Shown piece after piece: positions 25,950 through 34,677 of a DNA stretch of 64,000 nt. The stretch comes from an uncultured Desulfobacterales bacterium (GTDB lineage: Bacteria > Desulfobacterota > DSM-4660 > Desulfatiglandales > HGW-15). The stretch lies in contig CAYPSZ010000424.1 in the NCBI GenBank assembly GCA_964413125.1, positions 9,140 to 73,139 on the forward strand, given 5' to 3'. Positions within the stretch are counted from its first letter, which is position 1; every line of letters begins with the position of its first letter. The notes under the pieces were generated by a model that did not search any database, was not told the DNA's origin, and saw nothing but the letters and a program-made list of their open reading frames with translations. The position numbers and the translations under genes are program-made.

Positions 25950-27494
25950 CTAGACAGGAAGCCGGATGGTAACAAAGGTTCCATGCCCCGGACGGCTGTT
26001 TGCCTCCACGCTCCCATGGTGGAGTTCCACGATGCCGTAAACCGTGGAAAGCCCCAGCCCCACACCGTACCCTTCCTGTTTCGTTGTGAAAAAGGGCTCG
26101 AAGATGTGGGGTAAGGCCTCGGGGGCGATTCCAGTGCCCGTGTCCTCGACCGAAAGGACCAGGTGCCTCAAATCCTCTTCCAGTCGGGCCCGAAGCGTGA
26201 GGCACCCCCCCCCGGGCATTGCATCAACGGCGTTCAATATGAGGTTGATCATGCACTGCTGGAGCTGATTGGGGTCACCGTGGACAGGAGGCAGGCCCTG
26301 AGCAACGTCCACTTCCAGTTCGATATTCTGAAGCTCCAGCTTGTGGCGACTGAGAATTACGGACCGGGAAACGAGGTCCGATACGTTCACTTCGGTTGGG
26401 TGTGATCTTGAACGCCGGGAGAAGCTGAGAAGGCTGGAAACTATCTCACTGCACCGGCCGGTCTCGCTCTCCACCAACTCCAGATAAGCCTTGAACTTAT
26501 CGAGCTGCTCATCCGTTGGATGCCCCCTCCCCAGGACGCGTTTCATAAGTCGCGCATAGTTGAGAATTCCGGACAAGGGATTGTTGATCTCGTGTACCAC
26601 GCTGGCGGCCAGCCGTCCCAGAGACATCATCTTGTCCTGGTGCAGGATCTTGGCCTGGTCCGCCATTTCCCGCTCAAGGCGACGGATGTCCCGAAGGTCA
26701 CGGAAGAAAAAGACCATTCCGTCATGCTCCTCTCCGTTCATGATCTCCGTAACCGAAACCTGGACGGGAATAGCGTTGCCGTCAGGGGTAAGGATCCTGG
26801 TCTCGTATAGTGACAGCCTTCCGACACCCCCGTAACGATCATCGGCCAGGTTCTTTTCCAGGTCTGTAAAGCCTTCGTCCGAAAAAAACTCGGAGACCCG
26901 GCGTTTGCCCAGGACTTGGTAGCGGGACACGCCCAGCATCCCTTCCATGGCCCGATTTATGGTAATCACAGCCCCTTCCCGGTCGCAACCCAAAATCCCA
27001 TCCATTGAACTGTCTATGAGTCTTCTTTGAAAGGAGATGGTTACCAGGAGCTCACGAGTGGTCTCAACGTTCTCCTGTTCGAGAAGGGCCGTATAGTCGG
27101 CGTTTCTCTGCCGCGCCCTATAGCGCTCCTCGGCCCGCTTGAGTGCAAGATGTATGGCTTCGTCGCTCACAGGCTTGGTTATGAAATCCGATGCGTCCAG
27201 TTGAAGCGCCCGGATGGCCATCTCCATCTCGCCATAGGCAGTGACCACAATCACCTCGATCTCCGGAAATTCCCTTTTTACCGCCTCAAGGACCTGAAGA
27301 CCGTCCATTCCCGGCATCCTGATATCGGTGATGATTATGTGCGGCCGAATCCGGGCGCAGAGCCTGAGGCCCGCCTCTCCATCGGAAGCTGAAGCCACCT
27401 CGTAGCCCGCATCCTGAAGGGATACGCTTAGGACCTCCCGAATATCCGCCTCGTCATCAATGATAACAATGCGCCATTTATTTTCTTCCTCCAT
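25950..27494 (-). CDS. Hybrid receiver - PAS - histidine kinase
   Basis: The receiver reads IVIIDDEADI...IIITDIRMPGMDG, the H-box is AASVVHEINNPL, and the ATPase motifs are LILNAVDAMP, DTGTGI and GVGLGLSTVYGIV. Confidence 0.8.
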   Translation of the reverse strand: MEEENKWRIVIIDDEADIREVLSVSLQDAGYEVASASDGEAGLRLCARIRPHIIITDIRMPGMDGLQVLEAVKREFPEIEVIVVTAYGEMEMAIRALQLDASDFITKPVSDEAIHLALKRAEERYRARQRNADYTALLEQENVETTRELLVTISFQRRLIDSSMDGILGCDREGAVITINRAMEGMLGVSRYQVLGKRRVSEFFSDEGFTDLEKNLADDRYGGVGRLSLYETRILTPDGNAIPVQVSVTEIMNGEEHDGMVFFFRDLRDIRRLEREMADQAKILHQDKMMSLGRLAASVVHEINNPLSGILNYARLMKRVLGRGHPTDEQLDKFKAYLELVESETGRCSEIVSSLLSFSRRSRSHPTEVNVSDLVSRSVILSRHKLELQNIELEVDVAQGLPPVHGDPNQLQQCMINLILNAVDAMPGGGCLTLRARLEEDLRHLVLSVEDTGTGIAPEALPHIFEPFFTTKQEGYGVGLGLSTVYGIVELHHGSVEANSRPGHGTFVTIRLPV

Positions 27495-27511
27495 GATCCT
27501 CCCTTATTCTT

Positions 27512-28216
27512 CTAACTCCTTGACACAATTAGAGGATTGAAACGCGTGTCATGGTCGTAAACGTCCAGCCCTTCCTTTCGCTTGAGGTATCCCACCACCA
27601 GGTAGGTGAGGGGGGTGGCCGCGGCCTCGTAGGCCGATTTTGCCAGCCACTGGACCACCACGGCCGTGGTCAGGGCCGAAACCGGGATGGTCCCTGAAAA
27701 CGCCACCGTCATGAATATGAGGGAGTCCAGGCCCTGTCCCACGAGAGTGGACCCGATGGTCCTTGTCCAGAGCCATCGGCCCTTTGTGGCGATCTTCATT
27801 CGGGCCAGTACATAGGCGTTGGCGAACTCCCCCGCCAGATATGCCAAAAAGGACGCAAGAAGAATCCGGGGCGCATATCCCAGGATCCGCTCGTAAGCAT
27901 CCTGCCCTTCCCAAAAAGGGGCCGCTGGAAGCACCTGTCCCACCCAGACGGCGCCCACCACCAATAAATTGCAGAAAAACCCGAGCCAGATAACCCGCCT
28001 GGCCTGCGCATAGCCGTAGACCTCTGTAAGCACATCGGCCACAATGTAACTAAGGGGGAAGACCACGATGGCCGCAGGCAGGATCAGTCCCCAAAGGGAC
28101 ACGAGCTTGACGGCCGTGATATTGGCGCCGATCAGGCACGCCACAAAGACCCCCACAAGAACGACGAATCGCGTCGAGTAGACCCGGGTTTCCGTTTTCA
28201 CACCGGCTTTGTTCAC
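27512..28216 (-). CDS. yhhQ: Queuosine-precursor transporter family protein (YhhQ/DUF165)
   Basis: Multi-TM translation with the YhhQ-like blocks FPLSYIVADVLTEVYGY...ARR and TRTIGSTLVGQGLDSLIF. Start proposed at the GTG at 28216, overlapping the upstream TGA (GTGA). An ATG at 28306 would overlap the upstream gene by 94 nt. Confidence 0.65.
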   Translation of the reverse strand: MNKAGVKTETRVYSTRFVVLVGVFVACLIGANITAVKLVSLWGLILPAAIVVFPLSYIVADVLTEVYGYAQARRVIWLGFFCNLLVVGAVWVGQVLPAAPFWEGQDAYERILGYAPRILLASFLAYLAGEFANAYVLARMKIATKGRWLWTRTIGSTLVGQGLDSLIFMTVAFSGTIPVSALTTAVVVQWLAKSAYEAAATPLTYLVVGYLKRKEGLDVYDHDTRFNPLIVSRS

Positions 28217-30735
28217 AGAGGTCTCCGTATGCCGAGCAGGGGCTGTGGAGTCCTTTCCCGGCCGGGACCTGGAAAGAGCATTGCGGCAAGCAAATAAAGT
28301 ATCCATGCCAGCACCATCACCCCCCTGAACCCCATATCCATGGCCAGGCACTTCCCAAGGACCGCACCCATAACTGACGCACATCCGTTCACACCCCAGG
28401 CCCACGGGGCAAGCCCCGGCCGGGACCTGGAAACTTCACGAAGCCCCAGGGGAAAGGGCCACCCCAGCACGAAGGCGGGCAAGGCCAGGCATAAAACGGC
28501 CACGGCCAAGCGGGCCGGACCGTTCCAGGCCAGGGCACTCTGTATGAGCAGATCCCCTGCCACGGCCATGGCCCCCAGCCACAGGCCGAGAAGGGCCCAT
28601 CCTATCCAGAGGAGCCTCGCGCCTTTCTCCCCCAACCGCATCAACGAGAGACTTCCAAGCCCTGCAAAAACCAGGACCACCGAGAGCACAACCGCCGCTG
28701 CATACACCGGATGGGCCAGCAGCAGTGTGAACTTGGGGATGAAAGTCATCTCGAAAAACATGAATCCGAAACCCGGCATGGCGAAGAAGCTGAGCGTCCT
28801 GAACGTGCTCTTACCGCCGGGATAGTGTGCAGCTACCGCCTTTGGGGACCGGCCCCTGAGAAACAGGAGAGGAAAAAGGATAAGCACGGCTCCGGCCACC
28901 GTCGCCTGGGTCAGGGTGGTCAGGAGAAATACATATCCCGATTCCACCCGGGGGAGCCACTCCCGGCGAAGGTGCCCGAACAGCTCCGCGGCCCGGTCCC
29001 ATCGAAAGAAACGGGAGAAGTATGGGCGGTCGTCGGAAGGAGGTGCGACATTATAGAGATAGGCCCTCTGGAACGATCCCGGCTCGGGCCCGGCCAAGGC
29101 GGCGGCGCCCTCGTAAAACCATGGACGGGGCAAAATATCATACCGATTGGCCTGATCCGGGCTCATGCCTGCATAAAAGACTGTATCAAAGCTCCTTTCA
29201 TCGCAGAACGCCAAGGCCGCGGCCGCCTCTTCAGGCGAAAAAGGGGCCTTCCCCACCAGGATCGTTGTCGTGCTCCAACTGCGAATGAACAGGATGTGCT
29301 TTTCAGGCCGAGCCGCTCCGGAACGCCTCAAGGCCTCCAGGGCCGTGGCGAGCACACGCAGGGAATCCCGGGGCGGGACCTTGAGATAGCGGGTAACCGC
29401 CAGGAGCCCATTTTCACCCAGCCTGCCCAGCATTGCCGTGAATGCCTCGATCGTAAAGAGGTATTCCTCGGCAACGGCATGAAGCCCTCCTGAAGCGGCC
29501 CCGAAAGATGCCCCTCCGGAGAGCTGAATCAAGTCATACGATTTCCCCGGGATCGCCAGGTGTCTCCGGGCCTCCTCCACGATCAAACGCACGCCCGGAC
29601 GCTCGAAAAGGCGCCCGGAATACTCGGCCATTTGGCCTGTCATGAGAGAGGCGACCTGCGAGTTAACCTCCAAAGCATCGATCTCAGGGACCCTGTGGTG
29701 CAGGGCCAGCAGGACATCTGCTCCTCCGCCCGCACCCACCACCAGCGTCCTTTGGGGTGGTCGCACATGGAAAGCAAGGGCCTGTGTAGTGTAATCCAGG
29801 GGAAGCCGCTCCTCCCGCTTGCCCGTGTACCTTATGATGCTTCCTGCTCCCGACCCGTCCAGGAAAAGGCTTCTCTGCTCTGGAAGCGGTTCGTCGGTTA
29901 CCTCGCCGTATCTGAGGCTCAGGCCGGGCACATGGTGGATGTACCGGCTTCCCACCACGTGTATGATACCCTGAGGGCTCAAACGAAACGCCTCGATGCG
30001 TGCGTCCGGAAACGCAAGTGTCTGGGGAAGCTCCTTGGCCTCATGAACCCTCGGAGCCGGTGAGACGGCAGCCGCCCCTGCTGCCAGCATGGCCGCTGCA
30101 AAACCTAACGAAAGGAAGCCTCGAGCACGCGGCATTGCAGCGCGGGCGCACGGAACGGCCGCAAGGATCAGGACAGCCCCAAGCACCGGGAGCAATGCCC
30201 ATGGAGACGCCAGCCACAGGGCCGGCACCACTGCCAGGGCTCCGGCTCCGGCACCCCCCAGGTCCGCTGCATACATGCGGGGGGTACGCTCCCCTGCCCG
30301 GCTCAGGATTGTCCCCACTATACCACCTGCAAACAGGAACGGCATGGAAAGGGCTAAATATGCCCATGCCATGTTGAGCCACTCACCGCCCTGCCACACG
30401 AGTTGAAGAGGATCAAGCCCCGAAGCCCTGAAAAGGACCAGGGACCCTGGAAAGGAAACCGCCGCTGCTGCTGCAAGCAAGGCCAGGAAACCCTCAGGAT
30501 CCCGTTTGACCCTCTCATAGGCCAGAAAAAGAAATGCCCCTGCGGCTCCGAACCCCAAAAGAGATATGCTGATTACCATGGAGGCGAAGTGATGCCAGAA
30601 GGCAAAGGAGAGCATGCGCATAAGAAGGAGCTCATGCGCCAGCACAGAGGCAGAGGTGGCAAAAAGAAGTATGGCTCGGCGGGGTCCGGCCGAATAGGTG
30701 GACTTGGGTCTCATCTGCCTGGAATCATGTGACAT
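28213..30735 (-). CDS. Polytopic membrane protein with central spermidine-synthase-like (SAM-MTase-fold) domain
   Basis: 840 aa with many hydrophobic helices at both ends. The central block TLVVGAGGGADVLLAL...IDALEVNSQV...YDLIQLS resembles a SpeE-type fold. Confidence 0.6.
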   Translation of the reverse strand: MSHDSRQMRPKSTYSAGPRRAILLFATSASVLAHELLLMRMLSFAFWHHFASMVISISLLGFGAAGAFLFLAYERVKRDPEGFLALLAAAAAVSFPGSLVLFRASGLDPLQLVWQGGEWLNMAWAYLALSMPFLFAGGIVGTILSRAGERTPRMYAADLGGAGAGALAVVPALWLASPWALLPVLGAVLILAAVPCARAAMPRARGFLSLGFAAAMLAAGAAAVSPAPRVHEAKELPQTLAFPDARIEAFRLSPQGIIHVVGSRYIHHVPGLSLRYGEVTDEPLPEQRSLFLDGSGAGSIIRYTGKREERLPLDYTTQALAFHVRPPQRTLVVGAGGGADVLLALHHRVPEIDALEVNSQVASLMTGQMAEYSGRLFERPGVRLIVEEARRHLAIPGKSYDLIQLSGGASFGAASGGLHAVAEEYLFTIEAFTAMLGRLGENGLLAVTRYLKVPPRDSLRVLATALEALRRSGAARPEKHILFIRSWSTTTILVGKAPFSPEEAAAALAFCDERSFDTVFYAGMSPDQANRYDILPRPWFYEGAAALAGPEPGSFQRAYLYNVAPPSDDRPYFSRFFRWDRAAELFGHLRREWLPRVESGYVFLLTTLTQATVAGAVLILFPLLFLRGRSPKAVAAHYPGGKSTFRTLSFFAMPGFGFMFFEMTFIPKFTLLLAHPVYAAAVVLSVVLVFAGLGSLSLMRLGEKGARLLWIGWALLGLWLGAMAVAGDLLIQSALAWNGPARLAVAVLCLALPAFVLGWPFPLGLREVSRSRPGLAPWAWGVNGCASVMGAVLGKCLAMDMGFRGVMVLAWILYLLAAMLFPGPGRERTPQPLLGIRRPL

Positions 30736-30753
30736 GCAGCCGCTCCAGCGGCC

Positions 30754-31548
30754 TTACCCGGGCTTACGGGTCAGGGGGACGAAACGCACAGGCAGTACTT
30801 TGCGCATGGTTATGCGGCCGTCTTCCGCCTTTTCCACAATGGTGAGGTACTGGATCGAGTATTGCCCGCCCACGGGAATGCACATACGCCCCCCGGGCTT
30901 GAGCTGGCGGATCAGAGGCGGCGGTACAAGGCCTGCCGCGCAGGTTACGATTATGCGGTCGTAGGGGGCGTGCTCGGGCCACCCGAAATAGCCGTCCGCG
31001 ATTTTGACATGGACATTGTCATACCCCAAGCTTCCCAGTCGTTCTTCGGCTTGCTCGCCCAGAGGCTCAATAATCTCCACAGTATAGACTTCGTCCACCA
31101 GATGGGCCAGGACCGCCGCCTGATAACCGGACCCGGCCCCCACTTCAAGAACCCTGTGTTCAGGCTCCACTTTAAGCATCTCCGTCATCAGAGCCACGAT
31201 GTAGGGCTGGGATATGGTCTGACCGTAACCGATGGGCAGGGGATGGTCGCCGTAAGCCCGGCCCCGGTCCGAGGGCCTGACAAAGAGGTGCCGGCGCACG
31301 CTGAGCATGGCCTCCAGCACGGAGGGGTCCTGAACCGGTTCCCGGTAATCCGGAGGGTGGGAGACCTGATTGCGCACCATGTCTTGACGAAGGTTTATGG
31401 TAAAGTCATCCTCTCCGCATGCCGGATCCGCCCGTAAAAACAGCGCCACCGCCGGAATCAGGCATAATAAGGCTGCCGGCCTCCATAGCGTCCCTGCATT
31501 TTTAGCCAATAGATTGTGCATGAAATCCATCCTTCCCCGGGTTTTCAA
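30754..31548 (-). CDS. pcm: Protein-L-isoaspartate O-methyltransferase with N-terminal signal/anchor sequence
   Basis: Pcm signature GYGQTISQPYIVALMTE...VLEVGAGSGYQAAVLA...YDRIIVTCAA. A hydrophobic N-terminus (PAALLCLIPAVALFL) precedes the catalytic domain. The start overlaps the upstream stop (ATGA). Confidence 0.8.
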   Translation of the reverse strand: MKTRGRMDFMHNLLAKNAGTLWRPAALLCLIPAVALFLRADPACGEDDFTINLRQDMVRNQVSHPPDYREPVQDPSVLEAMLSVRRHLFVRPSDRGRAYGDHPLPIGYGQTISQPYIVALMTEMLKVEPEHRVLEVGAGSGYQAAVLAHLVDEVYTVEIIEPLGEQAEERLGSLGYDNVHVKIADGYFGWPEHAPYDRIIVTCAAGLVPPPLIRQLKPGGRMCIPVGGQYSIQYLTIVEKAEDGRITMRKVLPVRFVPLTRKPG

Positions 31549-32114
31549 AAAGCCCCTCCCAGCATACCCTTTTTCAAGGACTTGTCGGCCGGCTTCTCTC
31601 CCAGCCAGATGCCGAATAAGGCCTGTTTGAAGTCGAGCCCCGGGATGCTCCCCACGAATCGACCGTTGAAAACGACCCGCACACCTTGCCCGGGCACATA
31701 GACAAAATCATACACGTCGTTTTCGCCGGCATCCACCGTAAAGTATCCGTTGAAGGTCTCCACCCTCTCCCTGATGGGCTCCAGTTCCCCGCCCGTGGCA
31801 TTTTCAAAGCCTTCCTCCCAGGCGCTCACGAGATCCTTGGCCGTGACCTTGTCGTAAATGAAGTGCATGCGCGCGGCCATAGGCTCGTCCGCCTGAATAA
31901 TTCTCCGGGCATCCTTTGTCATTTGAGGGAGATAGAGCCCCATGGCGTAGACCTTCACAAAGAATTTCTTTCTTAGCCCGGCGCCGTTAAGCACGAGATC
32001 CCGCCCTTCCACCGGCATGGTGTCAGGAAGGGTCGCACCGCCGATATCGAGGGCCCAAGCGGGTGAACATAACAAAAGCACACTGATAATACCTTTAATC
32101 ATCGTTCTTGCCAT
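31545..32114 (-). CDS. Secreted chalcone-isomerase-like family protein
   Basis: 189 aa with a signal peptide (IISVLLLCSPAWA/LD). LVLNGAGLRKKFFVKVYAMGLYL is the bacterial CHI-like family signature as I remember it. Confidence 0.55.
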   Translation of the reverse strand: MARTMIKGIISVLLLCSPAWALDIGGATLPDTMPVEGRDLVLNGAGLRKKFFVKVYAMGLYLPQMTKDARRIIQADEPMAARMHFIYDKVTAKDLVSAWEEGFENATGGELEPIRERVETFNGYFTVDAGENDVYDFVYVPGQGVRVVFNGRFVGSIPGLDFKQALFGIWLGEKPADKSLKKGMLGGAF

Positions 32115-32524
32115 GTCAGCCTCCTTGATTGGATCCCGGTTCTCCTGACCGGGTTTTTGGGTTTGGGAGTAAAGATATACATGGTCTCTTCATCGACAAG
32201 AAAGCAAGTATATTAGCAATCATAAGGAAAGCGCCCCTTGATCTCAATGAATTTCCTGAATTTCCGGCCGTTCTTTACTGTGAAAAATCGCCCCTCCCCG
32301 TAGGAGAGAGCCCTGGTGTCGACCGGCCTATGATCGGGAGATATAAAGAAGTTTTTTCTTAGCGTCTTGGCGTCTTTGCGAGAGGATACGGTTTTTACGA
32401 ATTCGTCAGGATTGGGTCGGTAAATTTTTCCGTACGATAGGGGTTTTTCCCGGATTAATATTCCTTGGTACCCTTTAGGTATTGAATTTTTTGGACTATT
32501 TTGCACCCACAGCCTCGGGAAACA

Positions 32525-32540
32525 TGGCAGGCCTCTTGCA
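32525..32540 (+). promoter_or_regulatory. Sigma-54 (-24/-12) promoter for the orphan gene at 32586
   Basis: TGGCAGGCCTCTTGCA is TGGCAG-N5-TTGCA with canonical spacing. It lies 46 nt upstream of the ATG, and an AAGGA RBS sits at 32573-32577. Confidence 0.55.
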
Positions 32541-32585
32541 TGGCATAGGAACCGACGCCAATTCAAATTCTTTAAGGATCGATCC

Positions 32586-33701
32586 ATGGACATTCGAGAG
32601 GTTCCCTTTACTTTCATTGAGCATCCGGCTCGAAACTCGTCACACCCCGGAGTTCCGTCCCGGTCCCAAGACTTCCAATCACAGCTTCAGGCAAATACCG
32701 AAACCCCCAATGCCGGGCCTGACAGTGGGACAGAGGCCATTCCCGGTATGCCCCCTTTTGACCGGATAGATTTCGGCTCCCGAGCCGTCCCCCCGGCCCA
32801 GCCCCCGCCCCTTAACACACACAGTTCAAAAGCCGTTGCCGGGGCTTATGAAAAGCAAGATTCCGGCGTCACCTCCTCCGGCCTTAAGAGCGCTATTGCC
32901 AAATATAAAGACGACCAGTTGTTGGGCAGCCCGGGAGGCGACCATTACGACCTGGAAAACAAACGATATGTGGCTGACCCCCCTGAACAGCAAAGTTTCT
33001 GGGGCCGCATAGGGAAAAATATCAAGGACGCCTTTGGCAACCTGAAGAATTTTGCGGGAAACCTTCTATTCGGCGCCAAGAGGCATTACAGGGACGAGAA
33101 CGGAGACATCCAGCAGGGGCAAAGACGCGGCCTGATAGGCTCGATCGCGGATTTCTTCCAGGACCTGGGCAGCGCATTCAGCTTCGGAGCATGGCGTCCT
33201 GACGGGGAGGAAGAGCCAAGAGGCTTCGGCCGACGGGTGGGCTTCTTCTTCTCCAAGTTCAAGGAAGCGGTCTTCGGCAACCTGATTCAGGGCGTGGCGG
33301 GAAGCGTGGTCAATATGGCCAAGGACCTTGTTTTCGCAGGATGGAACCTGATTGAGACCATCCCGGATGCCACCATCGGCAACTTCGAGGCCGGACGCAA
33401 ACTCACCACAGCCGTATTTGACAACGGCCAAGTGGCGCTCAACTATATTGCGGACATCCTCCCCGGGGGGGACGCCTCGATCCGGGTGCACTCGCCCGAC
33501 CTCAAGAACCTCAAGCCCCCTATCCTCAATAACTTGAGCATGCCTGAGAAAAACCCTGACGACACCCGATGGAAGTATGTTCGAAACACCCCTTTCAGAA
33601 AGGGCATAGAAACCGTTGGATCAGTCCTCACCAGCATCCTGACCCTCAGGTTCCTTGGCAGTTTCAGGTTATCAGGCGAAAAACGCAACCACCCTGAGTA
33701 G
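32586..33701 (+). CDS. Hypothetical protein, no recognisable family (P/S/Q-rich N-terminus, FGNL-repeat amphipathic core, hydrophobic C-terminus)
   Basis: A 371-aa ORF with its own RBS and sigma-54 promoter. No catalytic or binding motif was recognised. Confidence 0.6.
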   Translation: MDIREVPFTFIEHPARNSSHPGVPSRSQDFQSQLQANTETPNAGPDSGTEAIPGMPPFDRIDFGSRAVPPAQPPPLNTHSSKAVAGAYEKQDSGVTSSGLKSAIAKYKDDQLLGSPGGDHYDLENKRYVADPPEQQSFWGRIGKNIKDAFGNLKNFAGNLLFGAKRHYRDENGDIQQGQRRGLIGSIADFFQDLGSAFSFGAWRPDGEEEPRGFGRRVGFFFSKFKEAVFGNLIQGVAGSVVNMAKDLVFAGWNLIETIPDATIGNFEAGRKLTTAVFDNGQVALNYIADILPGGDASIRVHSPDLKNLKPPILNNLSMPEKNPDDTRWKYVRNTPFRKGIETVGSVLTSILTLRFLGSFRLSGEKRNHPE

Positions 33702-33815
33702 TAAGAGATATGGGGTTTGGGCACGGCACGGAGGCCGTGTTCCACGGGCCTGCGCGCGCCGGCGTAGGGATGGACGGCTCCGTGGATCAGCCATCCGAGC
33801 ATTTTATCCTAACCT

Positions 33816-34508
33816 CTAACGCTCTCGAATAGTCGCGTTTATGCGAATGTTAATAACAGGCATCTCTTCGTAATTGGTTTTAAAGTTGAGATACCCCCTG
33901 AAAGAGCCGGCCGCATCGGGTAGGTTGGTGAAATAGACCTTGAACCTCCGGCCCTTTTCCAATTCCTCGAGACGATACGTGAGCTTGCCTCCCAAGTTGG
34001 ACTCCGCCGGCTCCAGTTCCAAGGGTTCTTCAAGTCCTGACGTGATTTCAATGCTACTCGATGATTGTCTTCCTTGAACACCTCTAAACATAACGTACCT
34101 GGGCTTCAACATTATGGGAACTACCACGAAGCTTCGGATCCCGATGTTGAACCTCTCGTGAACCGGGTCATTGGTGTAAACCACGGCCGTATTGTAGATG
34201 CTTCCTTGATACCCTTTGGTATTTACAACAAGTGTGATCTTCCCTTCCCCTCCCGGAGGAATGGTCCTGTCGTAGGACGCCACCGCACACCCTCAACCCG
34301 GTGACACCTTGTGAATCTGTAATGTGGCGTTTCCACGGTTAACGATAATGAAGTCATGGGACAAACGAGTTCCCTCCTTGACTTCTCCTGTGTCGACGGT
34401 GTGTTCCTCCATAAAAAGGGCCGGTTCCGGCGTCCGGCTGTTTGCAACCCATGGGGTACCCAAAAGGAACATTGAGGAGCAGCATAAAATGAAAAACAAA
34501 GACTTCAT
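33816..34508 (-). CDS. Secreted DUF1573-like protein with in-frame UGA (candidate selenocysteine) at the CGC motif
   Basis: The ATG at 34508 has a GAGGGG RBS and encodes a signal peptide (MKSLFFILCCSSMFLLGTPWVANS). The ORFs 34293-34625 and 33816-34283 share a frame and are separated only by the TGA at 34293-34295. Read-through gives IHKVSPG-U-GCAVASYDRTIPPGGEGKITLVV, matching the DUF1573 pattern I..V..SCGCT.....I.PG..G.I.V. Confidence 0.6.
34255..34284 (-). other. Imperfect hairpin 9 nt downstream of the UGA (candidate bacterial SECIS)
   Basis: The mRNA is GGUGG-C-GUCCU[ACGAC]AGGAC-CAUU-CCUCC, with an inner 5-bp stem, a 5-nt loop, and an outer 4-5 bp helix. A second hairpin, UUCCUC[CGG]GAGGGG, follows directly. 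Confidence 0.3.
34293..34295 (-). other. In-frame TGA, candidate Sec codon
   Basis: The plus strand reads tca, which is TGA on the minus strand. It aligns with the first Cys of the family CGC motif. Confidence 0.55.
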
Positions 34509-34677
34509 TGATTTCCCCTCTTGACCGAAGAATTTGTCTTGCGTCCGTTCCAACAATTTGCGTTGAACCTGAACAGCCTTCACGGCCTTAACAAGCCTCA
34601 GCATGCCAAGGCTATTCATTACCATAAACCTAGGAAACCTGCAAGTTGGCTGGCCTGCGGATCTTCTCCCGTTCTGA

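Noticed and set aside
32213-32617. A 134-aa minus-strand ORF in the 32.1-32.6 kb intergenic region.
   Set aside because: It overlaps the sigma-54 promoter, the RBS and the start of the plus-strand gene. It has no RBS or recognisable motif and is basic and low-complexity, so it is probably spurious. A gene remnant cannot be excluded.
34594-34608. A sigma-54-like element TGGCAT-GCTGA-GGCT on the minus strand upstream of the DUF1573 gene.
   Set aside because: The GC of the -12 element is one nucleotide too close (GG-N9-GC) and the TTGC is missing. This is too weak to call.
33816-34625. Annotating 34293-34625 and 33816-34283 as two separate small genes.
   Set aside because: They share a frame across a single TGA. 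The family motif spans the junction. The downstream part has no ATG or RBS, and the upstream part would be a signal peptide plus a fragment. They are merged as one UGA-containing CDS. A pseudogene remains the alternative.
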